Below are positions 16,525 to 26,244 of a stretch of 46,328 nucleotides of DNA, piece by piece (position 1 is the first letter of the stretch; the number at the start of each line of letters is the position of its first letter). The stretch covers positions 1 to 46,328 of the forward strand of contig JAQBRC010000006.1 of NCBI GenBank assembly GCA_028286705.1, read 5' to 3'. The translations under genes and the position numbers were made by a program. Origin of the DNA: Candidatus Nomurabacteria bacterium (GTDB taxonomy: Bacteria; Patescibacteriota; Minisyncoccia; Phycocordibacterales; UBA9973). Below the pieces are notes generated by a model. That model saw only the letters and a program-made list of their open reading frames with translations. It was not told the DNA's origin and did not search any database.

Positions 16525-17034
16525 ATGGCAGTTATAAAACAAAAAGATCAGCGTGTGGGAATTTTCATAGATACCCAAAACTTGTACCACACTGCTAAGA
16601 ATCTATACAAAAGAAAAGTAAATTTTGCGAACGTAGTGAAAGACGCATTAGCGGGACGAAACCTTATTCGTTCCATTGCATACGTTATCACAACAGAGAA
16701 CGAGGATGAGAAAGCATTTTTGAGCGCATTAACAAAGGCGGGAATTGAGACTAAGGCCAAGGACCTACAAATTTTTTATGATGGCAGCAAGAAGGCGGAC
16801 TGGGATATTGGACTGGCAATCGATGCAGTATCAATGGCACCAAAGCTGGATGCGATTATCATCGTGTCTGGAGACGGGGATTTCGTACCGCTCTGCAACT
16901 ACCTTCGATACCATCACGGTGTGCAGGTAGAGGCATGTACATTCGGCAAGTCAGCATCAGCTGCATTAAAGGAAGTGGTGGATGAATTCGTTGATCTTTC
17001 AGACAACCCTCGAAAATATCTCCTAGGCTATTAA
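16525..17034 (+). CDS. NYN-domain (LabA/DUF88-like) protein, putative RNase
   Basis: VGIFIDTQNLYHTAKNLY and IIIVSGDGDFVPL are NYN/LabA hallmarks. The ATG at 16525 is preferred because a TATACT box (16513-16518) lies 6 nt upstream. The alternative ATG is at 16507. Confidence 0.85.
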   Translation: MAVIKQKDQRVGIFIDTQNLYHTAKNLYKRKVNFANVVKDALAGRNLIRSIAYVITTENEDEKAFLSALTKAGIETKAKDLQIFYDGSKKADWDIGLAIDAVSMAPKLDAIIIVSGDGDFVPLCNYLRYHHGVQVEACTFGKSASAALKEVVDEFVDLSDNPRKYLLGY

Positions 17035-17039
17035 TACCA

Positions 17040-17984
17040 ATGGAACCAGAGCAAACAACCCCACAACCCGAAACAGAGCAGCATTTTGCGCATACGTACC
17101 AAGACGATATGTCTAAGGCAATGAATGCGACTGATGTAACAGAGGTGCAGTCATTGCTGACACAGGCACGGGAACAAGAGGCAGAGGAGATAATAACAGT
17201 GACGGAGCGCAGGGAGAAAAGTTGGTATAGCACAACAAGTTTTTTGCTGATTGTTCTAACATTAGCAGTACTTGCGTATGGTGCATACTATTATATGCAC
17301 CTTACCGTACCAATACAGCCAGTGGTGTCAGTTGGAGTATTTTCAAATACTGATCCTATTGCTACAAGTAACTCTAGTATTGGCAGTGTCATGGCAACGC
17401 TACGCGCTTCAACTACACTACCTGCAGGGAAGCCTGTTTTGGTTAACCTTGTTGGGGAGAACAATGTTGCCCTTACCAATACCCAGCTATATTCCTTCAT
17501 TGGAGCAGAGCTTTCACAACCCCTGCAGACAGCTATTGAGTCTGCGCGGCTAGGAGTTGTTAACACAGGGAAGGATATCCTGCCATTCGTTATTGTTTCC
17601 GTTCCTAATCCAGAAAAGGCATCTAATGCCTTCACTTCTGAAGAACCGCTACTCTTTAGCGAGTTTTCACAGCTGTTTAACACTACGGAAAAACCAGTTG
17701 CTGCTGCACCAGCAGAGAACTCTCAGCAAGCCGCCTTGTCAGCATTGGTGGCAAGCCAAAAGACTAGCACACCTGCCGTTACCGCCATGCCAGTGACTTC
17801 CTCTACATTTCAGAGTCAGTATTTCTATAATCTTCCCGTCCGCAGCTTAACCGGAACTGATACTGCAACAGGGGAGCAGCGCATCGTATTCCTCTATGGA
17901 TATGCCAATAACAATGTCATTGTTATCACCTCAACGCCTGAAGTTTTAAAGGCCGTTTACGACACACTTATCACCCAGCACTAA
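17040..17984 (+). CDS. Hypothetical single-pass membrane protein
   Basis: 314 aa with an acidic N-terminus, one TM helix (SFLLIVLTLAVLAYGAYYYM) and an extracytoplasmic domain of unknown family. Separated from the NYN gene by a 5-nt gap. Confidence 0.65.
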   Translation: MEPEQTTPQPETEQHFAHTYQDDMSKAMNATDVTEVQSLLTQAREQEAEEIITVTERREKSWYSTTSFLLIVLTLAVLAYGAYYYMHLTVPIQPVVSVGVFSNTDPIATSNSSIGSVMATLRASTTLPAGKPVLVNLVGENNVALTNTQLYSFIGAELSQPLQTAIESARLGVVNTGKDILPFVIVSVPNPEKASNAFTSEEPLLFSEFSQLFNTTEKPVAAAPAENSQQAALSALVASQKTSTPAVTAMPVTSSTFQSQYFYNLPVRSLTGTDTATGEQRIVFLYGYANNNVIVITSTPEVLKAVYDTLITQH

Positions 17985-18034
17985 TCAACAGGGGGCTTCT
18001 TGTGCTTTTGTCCTAGCATGCTAGTATACGGGGT

Positions 18035-18391
18035 ATGAATACAAAGTCGTTCAAAGAAAAGCTAGAAATCGAGAAGAAAGGGTTAGAGGAAGAACTCGGC
18101 CAGATCGCTATTTTTAACACTGAAACTAACATGTGGGACGCTACTCCGGACCAAGACATGATGGGCGAAATTGATGACAATGACGCTGCTGATCGTTTTG
18201 AGAATTTCGAAGAACGTTCTGCAATGGTAACTACGCTTCAGGCTCGTCTTATTGATATCAACATTGCCCTAGGCAAAATTGAATCAAATACATTCGGACT
18301 ATGCGAAGTATGTAACCAACCTATTGAAGCAGACCGTCTTGAAGCAAATCCTGCAGCTCGCAAGGACAAGACACACATGAACGAGCAATAG
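18035..18391 (+). CDS. DksA/TraR-family protein with a degenerate zinc finger
   Basis: Coiled-coil N-terminal part and a C-terminal GLCEVCNQPIEADRLEANPAA segment, which is DksA/TraR-like. Only the first CxxC pair is present. Confidence 0.7.
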   Translation: MNTKSFKEKLEIEKKGLEEELGQIAIFNTETNMWDATPDQDMMGEIDDNDAADRFENFEERSAMVTTLQARLIDINIALGKIESNTFGLCEVCNQPIEADRLEANPAARKDKTHMNEQ

Positions 18392-18400
18392 ACATTCTCT

Positions 18401-18432
18401 AAAAGTGCCACTAGAAATCTAGTGGCACTTTT
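18401..18432 (+). terminator. Rho-independent terminator
   Basis: Hairpin aaaagtgccactag/aaat/ctagtggcactttt. Confidence 0.8.
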
Positions 18433-18491
18433 GTTTGATAGATTTAAAAAATAAAGTTTCCCTTAGAAATTCTTCAGATAATCTTGATAAC

Positions 18492-18522
18492 GAAAATGCC
18501 ATACTACGTGTATGGCATTTTC
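18492..18522 (-). terminator. Rho-independent terminator downstream of the LysM-M23 gene
   Basis: Hairpin gaaaatgccata/ctacgtg/tatggcattttc. Confidence 0.7.
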
Positions 18523-18581
18523 TGTTTATGTCATTTTGAGAAAGGCCATAAAATAAAAACACTGCATCGATTGCAGTATTC

Positions 18582-19766
18582 CTAGATACTGTATATTGTT
18601 CCCTTATCATCCGCTCCCCAAGGATTGGTTGCTCCACGGATTTCGAAGTGAAGGTGAGCGCCGGTTACCTTTCCTGTTTTTCCTGACATACCGATTGGCT
18701 GACCTTGTGTTACTACCTGACCGAGATCAACAGTTACAGTATTAAGGTGTGCGTATAGTGTCTGTGTTCCGTTCGGATGAGAGACAACGATATAACTTCC
18801 GTATCCTCCGTTGTACTTTCCATCACCCTTGGCAACGATTACTGTACCCTCTGCAGCAGCGTGCACTGTTGTACCAACTGGAGTTGCAATATCAATTGCA
18901 TTCACGTCATGAATACCCTGACTCAATTTTCCAGAAACTGGTTGAGAGTAGTATCCGCGAATATCTGCAGCTGGGATTGCGTATGAAGTTGCAGCAGCGG
19001 GAACAGTAACATTGATTGAATAGGTATCCTTAGTCACAGGATTAGTTACTGTCATCACAGTACCTGGTGCAGGAGTTAGAATCTGTGTGATAGGGGACAC
19101 TGCTGGAGTCTGAGTTATTGTTGTTGGAACTTCGACAGGAGAAATATTTTCTACTGGGGTTGTTTCGTCATGAGTTACTTCTGCAGCAGCGGCACTGTTA
19201 AGTGGTTCAACATTTGGAATTGTCAGCTTCATGCCAACTTTCAAACTGTTGGCATTATCAAGATTGTTAGCATTCAAAATATCATCCTGATCAGCTTCGA
19301 ACTTTACTGCAATACCACTCAATGTGTCACCGGACTTCACGGTGTAAATTACTCCACTGGTAGGAAGGATAGTGAGTTTCTGTCCGACATTAATTGCTGA
19401 CTTGCTTGTCAGATCGTTTGACCAACGAAGTGTGTTTACTGAGATATCAAACTTAAGCGCGATACTTGAAAGTGTGTCGCCCTTCTTAACAGTGTATGTA
19501 GAAATAGTATTGTTACCAACAACAGAAATTTTGTTGGCAGTAATTTTTTCTCCCTTAACTACAATTGTAGCTTTTTTGACAGGCGTAGTTGTTGCCTTCT
19601 TAGCAGTTGCCGATTTTACAGCAACAGTCTTCTTTGTAGTAGTAGCTGCCTTTTTTGCAACAGTAGTTTTAGTCGCTGCCAAGGCAGGACTAGCGCTATA
19701 ACTAAGGAGTGTGATTGTTATAATGAGGAACGCAATGCGTTTCCTCGGTGTATCAATGGGTACCAT
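18582..19766 (-). CDS. LysM-domain M23 family metallopeptidase (peptidoglycan hydrolase)
   Basis: N-terminal anchor, then LysM repeats (YTVKKGDTLSSIALKF..., YTVKSGDTLSGIAVKF...). The C-terminal M23 region has the HLHFEIR motif. Confidence 0.9.
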   Translation of the reverse strand: MVPIDTPRKRIAFLIITITLLSYSASPALAATKTTVAKKAATTTKKTVAVKSATAKKATTTPVKKATIVVKGEKITANKISVVGNNTISTYTVKKGDTLSSIALKFDISVNTLRWSNDLTSKSAINVGQKLTILPTSGVIYTVKSGDTLSGIAVKFEADQDDILNANNLDNANSLKVGMKLTIPNVEPLNSAAAAEVTHDETTPVENISPVEVPTTITQTPAVSPITQILTPAPGTVMTVTNPVTKDTYSINVTVPAAATSYAIPAADIRGYYSQPVSGKLSQGIHDVNAIDIATPVGTTVHAAAEGTVIVAKGDGKYNGGYGSYIVVSHPNGTQTLYAHLNTVTVDLGQVVTQGQPIGMSGKTGKVTGAHLHFEIRGATNPWGADDKGTIYSI

Positions 19767-19985
19767 AAGGTTAGACGATAATCATACCAAGAAAAGAAGA
19801 CCCTATTAGATTTCACAACGTCTCAGTGGTAACGTCAATGTATTTTGTTGATTATATGCTGTATTTACTACACGTTGACAATAGTTGACTTGTTTCGCCT
19901 AATCAAAAAAATCATACAACCCTTGTAGAGCAAGGGCGGTTTTGGCATCCCATTTTTGCGATGACCGTCATGTTACACTACAGTC

Positions 19986-21935
19986 ATGCAATTTCTAGAA
20001 GGACTTAATGAGGCGCAACAAAAAGCAGTGCTATCGAAAGATGGTCCGCTACTTATCGTTGCCGGAGCAGGCGCAGGAAAGACAAAAACAATTGTTCATC
20101 GTATCTGCAACTTAGTTGAAGAAGGTATTACACCAACTGCAATCTTGGCAGTTACATTCACGAATAAGGCTGCAAAAGAAATGAGAGAGCGAGTATTGGT
20201 GCAGTTAGAAACTCTTCCGGCCGCTCTTCGACCAAACGGCATACCGTTTGTCAGTACGTTTCATAGTCTCGGCGTATTTTTGCTGAGAAGGTTTGGTGCG
20301 TATGGAGGGGAAGTGAAACGCTTCACCATCCTTGATGATGCAGATACTATGTCACTCATTAAAGAATCCCTGCAATACTTTGGACTCGACCCAAAGACCA
20401 ACGAACCTCGTGCAATTCGTAGCACTATCAGTCGCGCAGCGAATGCGTTGCAAACTCCTGACCAATTGCTAAAGGACAGTAATCCGCGTAACCGCATGGC
20501 GGGACAGGTCTGGAAGCGTTACACAGCACTTAAGCGAGAGCAGAAGTCACTCGACTTCGATGACTTGTTGTTGGAAACGGTGAAACTGTTGGAGGAGAAT
20601 GAAACAGTGCGGGCGTGGTGTCATGATACTTGGCACTATATCCACGTCGACGAATACCAAGACACGAACGAAGTGCAGTATCGTATTGCCAAGGCGTTGG
20701 CTGGCGCAAGAAAAAACTTGTGCGTAGTTGGCGACTCAGACCAGAGCATCTACTCATGGCGCGGGGCGAATATCAAAAACATTTTGGAATTTGAGCGTGA
20801 CTATCCGGAAGCGACAGTTGTGTTGCTCGAAGAAAACTATCGTTCCACAAAAACTGTCATCGCTGCAGCAAATGTAATCGTAAACAAAAACACATACCGC
20901 ACTCCAAAGCAGCTCTTCACCAACAACGAGGAAGGAGAACTAATTTCAGTGTACGCGGCATATGACGAAAACGATGAAGCAAAGTTCATCGCGGAACGCT
21001 GCATTGAAATTATGGATGGCGGAGCGAAAGCGGATGACATTGCGATTTTGTTTCGCACAAACTTTCAGTCTCGCGCAATCGAAGAAGCACTGCTTTCATA
21101 CAGTGTTCCGTATCAGGTGTTGGGTGTGAAGTTCTTCGAGCGAAAAGAAGTGAAGGACGTACTGTCATACATTCGTGCTGCACAAAATCCTGACAGCATT
21201 GTTGATCTCAAGCGCATCATCAACACACCGGTACGAGGAATCGGAAAGGTGACTATCGACAAATATTTCGTACATGGAATCGAGGGGCTTTCCGGCAAGG
21301 CTGCAATTTCTGTAAGAAACTTTTTTGATATGCTCGAAAAAATTCGGGATTTCGCTGACCTTCATTCTGTTTCAGAAACTATCAAATACATCATCGTTGA
21401 GAGCGGCATGCAGCGCGCATACAAGGAAGACAAAATTGATGGGGAAGAGCGTTTGGAAAACTTGGAAGAGTTGGTGACATTGGGATTGCGATACGACCAT
21501 CTTGAAGGATACGAAGGTTTGGAAAAACTTTTGGAAGACGCGACACTGATGAGTGACCAAGACAACCTCGATAAGGATAGTGGTAGTGGCAAAAATAAAA
21601 AAGGTGCGGAGAAGCATGGAGTAAAGTTGATGACGATTCACGCAGCGAAAGGACTTGAGTTCGGCACGGTGTTTGTCACAGGACTTGAACACGGATTGTT
21701 TCCGCACCAACGCGATGCAAACTTAACTGGAGCAGATGCAGAAGAAGAACGACGACTTATGTATGTTGCCGTAACTCGTGCTCGAAGAAAATTATATTTG
21801 ACCTACGCAAGCATGCGAACTATTTTCGGCATGCGTGATGTTCGATTGCCATCAGAATTTTTAATGGATGTTCCTGACGAATATATCCAGAGAGAAAGCC
21901 GCAGCGGGGAGGCGGGCTTTACTGTCTTCCTGTAG
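19986..21935 (+). CDS. uvrD: UvrD/PcrA-type ATP-dependent DNA helicase
   Basis: Superfamily-1 helicase motifs AGAGAGKTKT, DEYQDTN, YRS, TIHAAKGLEF and VAVTRAR. Confidence 0.92.
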   Translation: MQFLEGLNEAQQKAVLSKDGPLLIVAGAGAGKTKTIVHRICNLVEEGITPTAILAVTFTNKAAKEMRERVLVQLETLPAALRPNGIPFVSTFHSLGVFLLRRFGAYGGEVKRFTILDDADTMSLIKESLQYFGLDPKTNEPRAIRSTISRAANALQTPDQLLKDSNPRNRMAGQVWKRYTALKREQKSLDFDDLLLETVKLLEENETVRAWCHDTWHYIHVDEYQDTNEVQYRIAKALAGARKNLCVVGDSDQSIYSWRGANIKNILEFERDYPEATVVLLEENYRSTKTVIAAANVIVNKNTYRTPKQLFTNNEEGELISVYAAYDENDEAKFIAERCIEIMDGGAKADDIAILFRTNFQSRAIEEALLSYSVPYQVLGVKFFERKEVKDVLSYIRAAQNPDSIVDLKRIINTPVRGIGKVTIDKYFVHGIEGLSGKAAISVRNFFDMLEKIRDFADLHSVSETIKYIIVESGMQRAYKEDKIDGEERLENLEELVTLGLRYDHLEGYEGLEKLLEDATLMSDQDNLDKDSGSGKNKKGAEKHGVKLMTIHAAKGLEFGTVFVTGLEHGLFPHQRDANLTGADAEEERRLMYVAVTRARRKLYLTYASMRTIFGMRDVRLPSEFLMDVPDEYIQRESRSGEAGFTVFL

Positions 21936-21952
21936 TAGTGCACTATTGAATT

Positions 21953-22741
21953 ATGAAAGCGAAAAAACATCTCGGGCAGCACTTCTTGAAATCACAAAGT
22001 GCGCTTAATAAAATTAATGAGGCCGGCGATATCAAGACTAACGATATCGTACTTGAGGTGGGACCGGGAATGGGAGCACTAACGGAAATACTATTAGCAT
22101 CCGCAGGGAAGGTTATCGCCATCGAAAAAGATCGCGACATGATCCCAGTATTGGAAGAAGCATTTGCCAAGGAAATTGATGCGGGGGTATTCGAGCTAAT
22201 TGAACAGGATATTTTAAAGTTTGATCCTGTAACTCTTCCTTTCTATGGAAAGCAGGAGTATAAGGTAGTGGCAAACATTCCATACTATATAACTGGCGCT
22301 ATCATCGAAAAGTTTTTGAGTACTCCATTCCAGCCAACAAGAATGGTTGTATTGATTCAAAAGGAAGTTGCGGAACGTATCCTAGCTCGAGACAAGAAGG
22401 AAAGCATTCTTTCTATAGCGGTTAAGGCCTATGGCATACCAAAAATTATTGCAAAGGTTCCTCCCGGAGCATTTGTGCCCCCACCAACAGTTGATTCAGC
22501 AATACTCTCTATAGAAGACATTAATAGAGACTTCTTTGCAAACCTAGATGAAGCACTATTCTTCAGGGTATTGAAGGGTGTATTCGGGAAAAAGAGAAAG
22601 CAGATAGGAGGGAGTCTGTCTGAAGTTATAGAAAACAAGGAAAAAGCATTGAACGCATTGGAAAAAAGCGGTATTGATGCAAAAACAAGACCAGAAGACA
22701 TTGCTCTTGCGACATGGAAGACCCTGGTGCAGGCTCTCTAG
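21953..22741 (+). CDS. rsmA: 16S rRNA (adenine1518/1519-N6)-dimethyltransferase
   Basis: HLGQHFL start, SAM-binding VLEVGPGMGALT, and NIPYYIT, all characteristic of KsgA/RsmA. Confidence 0.93.
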   Translation: MKAKKHLGQHFLKSQSALNKINEAGDIKTNDIVLEVGPGMGALTEILLASAGKVIAIEKDRDMIPVLEEAFAKEIDAGVFELIEQDILKFDPVTLPFYGKQEYKVVANIPYYITGAIIEKFLSTPFQPTRMVVLIQKEVAERILARDKKESILSIAVKAYGIPKIIAKVPPGAFVPPPTVDSAILSIEDINRDFFANLDEALFFRVLKGVFGKKRKQIGGSLSEVIENKEKALNALEKSGIDAKTRPEDIALATWKTLVQAL

Positions 22742-22773
22742 GTTGAACAGAACTGGCAATGTATACTAGAGAT

Positions 22774-23148
22774 ATGAAAAGACATATGATCATCTCTTTT
22801 ATAATGATAGCGATATTTATTGCTATTCCATTGATTACAAATGCGTCGACACTAACATCAGTATTACTCACCAAGTCTTTCGGGGGAAGAGTGATAGCAA
22901 CAAGCCTTCCAATTGTTACCTGTATCGGTACAGGAACAGGTCCTATAACTCTTACAAAAATAAATGAACTGTCCTTATATACAACCGACATTACCAAAAG
23001 ACCAAAAGTTGGAGACTATATCTTGGGAAGAGTAAATATCATTCCGAACTTTAGTACCTGTACAATATATGACATTCCATACCCTGTACGAACCACAAAC
23101 GGCAGTAATTACAGAATTTCTACACCTAATACGGGTCTAGGCTATTAA
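22774..23148 (+). CDS. Small secreted/anchored protein, first gene of the T4SS-like locus (unknown function)
   Basis: From the ATG at 22774 the product starts MKRHMIISFIMIAIFIAIPLITNAS (signal-like). A TATACT box (22762-22767) lies 6 nt upstream. The track start at 22759 would place that box inside the coding sequence. Confidence 0.6.
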   Translation: MKRHMIISFIMIAIFIAIPLITNASTLTSVLLTKSFGGRVIATSLPIVTCIGTGTGPITLTKINELSLYTTDITKRPKVGDYILGRVNIIPNFSTCTIYDIPYPVRTTNGSNYRISTPNTGLGY

Positions 23149-23159
23149 ATTTCACCCAT

Positions 23160-24050
23160 ATGCCTCCATCATCTGTTCCAAGCAAACAATTCCTGATTCG
23201 CGGAGGAATCGCCCTCGGTATAGTGGCGGTTATTTTGGTTGCGCAGACTAACTGGTTTCATAACATCTTTCACAAAACAAAGAAAACAGACACCGTTGCT
23301 GACAACACTACTATTACAGACATAACTTCTAAGGATACAAACGGCAACGGTATTGCAGACTGGGAAGAAAAGCTCTGGGGACTTGATCCTGCGGTGTTGT
23401 ACACCGATGGGAAGCCTAATGCTGAAATCATTAAGGAAAAGAAGCTTGCTTTGGGGATAAGCACTGCAACAAGTTCAGCCAATGAGACTGATGCTATTGC
23501 CCAGAAACTCTTTACTATCACCACAGCACTTAGTCAGAATGACAATATTGATGATTCAACACTACAGGATGTTGCCAATCAGCTTGGATCGTCTGTAAAC
23601 GTTGCGTCTATTAGCAACAAGTATTCTCTGAAGAATATTACGACTGTTCGAACTTCTACTGCCTCATTAACTGCGTACTATAATTCATTTCAAAAGATCA
23701 TGGGCAAGTATAACTTGAGTCAAAACGATACAGCAATCATCGTACAGGCTACCGAGACAGGGGATTATAGTCAGCTTCCACAGCTCGATGCGACAAAAGA
23801 CACTTATGCGGCATTGGCAAAGGAGCTAAGTACCATCAAGGTTCCTGTTGGCGTTGCTCAATACCATCTTGATATCATCAACAGCTTTGCCGGAACAGCA
23901 GCATCATTTTCATACCTACAGCAAATGGCAGACAACGGTACTCAAGCAATTGTCGGTATTGCTCTCTACAAGATATACACAACTCGTGGACAAACTGCAC
24001 TGTATGATCTTAACGACTATTTAACAAAATACGGTATACTTAACGTGTAA
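23160..24050 (+). CDS. Membrane-anchored protein with a Ca-binding-like DxNGNGIxDxEE motif (unknown function)
   Basis: 296 aa with an N-terminal TM helix (GGIALGIVAVILVAQ). The motif DTNGNGIADWEEKLWGLDP resembles thrombospondin type-3 or dockerin-like loops. Confidence 0.65.
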   Translation: MPPSSVPSKQFLIRGGIALGIVAVILVAQTNWFHNIFHKTKKTDTVADNTTITDITSKDTNGNGIADWEEKLWGLDPAVLYTDGKPNAEIIKEKKLALGISTATSSANETDAIAQKLFTITTALSQNDNIDDSTLQDVANQLGSSVNVASISNKYSLKNITTVRTSTASLTAYYNSFQKIMGKYNLSQNDTAIIVQATETGDYSQLPQLDATKDTYAALAKELSTIKVPVGVAQYHLDIINSFAGTAASFSYLQQMADNGTQAIVGIALYKIYTTRGQTALYDLNDYLTKYGILNV

Positions 24051-24051
24051 C

Positions 24052-26238
24052 ATGTCACACTGGAAAAAAATACTTACATTCTTTCTCTCTGCTGCTACAG
24101 TAGCTTCTTTGCTGGCTACTCCTGCACTCGCAGCTCCTATCACCAGCTCTCCAACAACAGGTCCTTGTAAGGGATTAATTGGTAGCACGCTTAGTAGATG
24201 TCAGGCTGCTCAAGCATCTAGCACTACAGTTCAGAAATTTAATCCCAACGTTAATGTAGGGTCAGGCAATAGCTATTCAGGAGCATCCATTAGTGGTGTC
24301 GGCGGAGCAATTGCCAGCTGTACTAACGTGGGATCATTTTTGACAAATACTGCAAGCAGCCTGCTTTCAGCAACGGTATTCGGAAAGGCTGCCAAACCAG
24401 CTTCTTCATTTAACGGAAATGGTGACGCTGTAAAGGTTTCAGACGAAGTAGCTCAAAAAAAACTTGCCAGTATAGACAAAACCAGTCAGTGTCTTGATGG
24501 TATTGCATATGCAGTTGCAAAGAATACCTTGGCTCAGGTGACAAACAAAACGTTGAATTGGGTAAATACAGGGCTTAATGGCAACCCTCTCTATGTACAG
24601 AATGTAGACTCATACCTAAAAACAGTTGCAAACCAACAAATCAGAGCGTACCTGCAAACCGCACAAGGATCTGATCCAATATTTGGAAATGCATTGAAGT
24701 CAACAATCTTCAGAAGTATTACAGGACAATCAGATGGCTTGCTGAACGTATCTCCTAATACTCCAGAGGCACACGCATACAACTCATTCCTTGGTGACTT
24801 CACCAGTGGGGGATGGAGTTCATTGCTTAATCCTGCAAACAACCCTATCGGCGCCTTGTTTACAGCAAACGACAATCTTGCGGGAAAAATAAGTAGCTCT
24901 ACCGAAAGCTCAAAAGCTGAAATTCAGCGTAACAACGGTTTCTTGGACATGAAGCACTGTGTAGAGACAGCGCCAGTAGATACCTCGACCACAGCAAAAG
25001 CTATCAGCAACGGTCTTTCTCAAAATCCAACCTGTTTGCAGTGGGTAACTGATACACCGGGATCAATCATTGCCAGTCAGGTACAGACAATCACCAATTC
25101 TCCAGTTCGTCAGCTTGAATACGCAAACAAGATTAATGAAGTATTAGGAGGATTCTTTGATAGTTTCGTTAACAGCCTGCTATCAAAAGGATTGCGGGGT
25201 AGCGGTATGAATGGCGGTATTGATTTTGGCTTTAGTTCTCAAGGAGACAATATTATTCTTGATTCAAGCGGCAATGCGCTTAATCTTAACGGTGCAAATC
25301 TTGGATACCAAAGTACAACGGGAGGCAACGCGCTCGATCAAAGCTTTGATATCTCTCGACCACAGCAGTTCCGAGCAGTGCTACAAGCACAGGTTAACTA
25401 TGTTAACAGAGCAAAAGATGCTCAGATTGCCCTTAATCGAGTCGTTCCTACGGTTGGCGCTTTGGACTATTGTATTCCTGGACCGAACCCAACATGGGCA
25501 GGAAATTCTGCAAGCAATTTAAATAATTTTGTTAGTTCTCTGCAGCAGGCGGATCCTAAAAACCCTAGCCTTGTACAAAAAATTCTCGGAGCACTTCCTG
25601 TTATCGGAGGGCTATTGAGCCTGTTCTCAAGCAGTGCTCCTCCACAAGTCTGGTCAACAGACGGGCTTCTTGGAGATCCCGCTACAGGATTAACTGTGCA
25701 GGTACCTCGAGTATTTCAGAACAAGGGTACTGATTTTTCTGGAGGCACAGGACAACTGGTCAAGGGCCTTACTGGTGCATACAATGTAATCGCAACTCAA
25801 TACCACTTCTATGACAACAATACAGAAGTTGCAAAAGCGTTCACTGATGCAGCAAAAAATGATACTGATGGATCATACGTGGGAGTCTTTCTAAGAGAGG
25901 AGTACAACGAAACATCAAGTTTGTTGAGTTATAACCAAGCTTCTAGTCAGATTGATACGCAGTATGATAACAATATCGGGCAAACTGAATCAAGCATTGA
26001 CCAAATGAAGATTATCCAAAAGCAGGTTAATGCTATCGTTGCCACAGCCAAGGCTGACTATATTAAGAAGCGTGCAGCGGCAGGAAATCCAGTTGATATG
26101 GCATGTATAAATAGTGCATACCAAATCGACAGCTCACCTATTGTCGGCGTTGCTCGCCAAGAAAGTGATAAGCCAGATGCAATCGTGCAGCATTCTGCTG
26201 ATTCAGCAAGTTATTTCTATAACGATGTAATCAATTAG
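24052..26238 (+). CDS. Large secreted protein (728 aa, unknown function)
   Basis: Signal peptide (MSHWKKILTFFLSAATVASLLATPALAAP) and several spaced Cys residues. No recognisable catalytic motif. The start codon follows the previous stop after 1 nt. Confidence 0.7.
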   Translation: MSHWKKILTFFLSAATVASLLATPALAAPITSSPTTGPCKGLIGSTLSRCQAAQASSTTVQKFNPNVNVGSGNSYSGASISGVGGAIASCTNVGSFLTNTASSLLSATVFGKAAKPASSFNGNGDAVKVSDEVAQKKLASIDKTSQCLDGIAYAVAKNTLAQVTNKTLNWVNTGLNGNPLYVQNVDSYLKTVANQQIRAYLQTAQGSDPIFGNALKSTIFRSITGQSDGLLNVSPNTPEAHAYNSFLGDFTSGGWSSLLNPANNPIGALFTANDNLAGKISSSTESSKAEIQRNNGFLDMKHCVETAPVDTSTTAKAISNGLSQNPTCLQWVTDTPGSIIASQVQTITNSPVRQLEYANKINEVLGGFFDSFVNSLLSKGLRGSGMNGGIDFGFSSQGDNIILDSSGNALNLNGANLGYQSTTGGNALDQSFDISRPQQFRAVLQAQVNYVNRAKDAQIALNRVVPTVGALDYCIPGPNPTWAGNSASNLNNFVSSLQQADPKNPSLVQKILGALPVIGGLLSLFSSSAPPQVWSTDGLLGDPATGLTVQVPRVFQNKGTDFSGGTGQLVKGLTGAYNVIATQYHFYDNNTEVAKAFTDAAKNDTDGSYVGVFLREEYNETSSLLSYNQASSQIDTQYDNNIGQTESSIDQMKIIQKQVNAIVATAKADYIKKRAAAGNPVDMACINSAYQIDSSPIVGVARQESDKPDAIVQHSADSASYFYNDVIN

Positions 26239-26244
26239 CCCCAT

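Noticed and set aside
14072-18522. Two terminators sharing AAAATGCCATA...TATGGCATTTT (14072-14105 and 18492-18522), considered as a possible repeat family
   Set aside because: The shared core is only 11 nt. By my rough estimate, matches of that length are expected many times by chance in 46 kb, and the loops and flanks differ.
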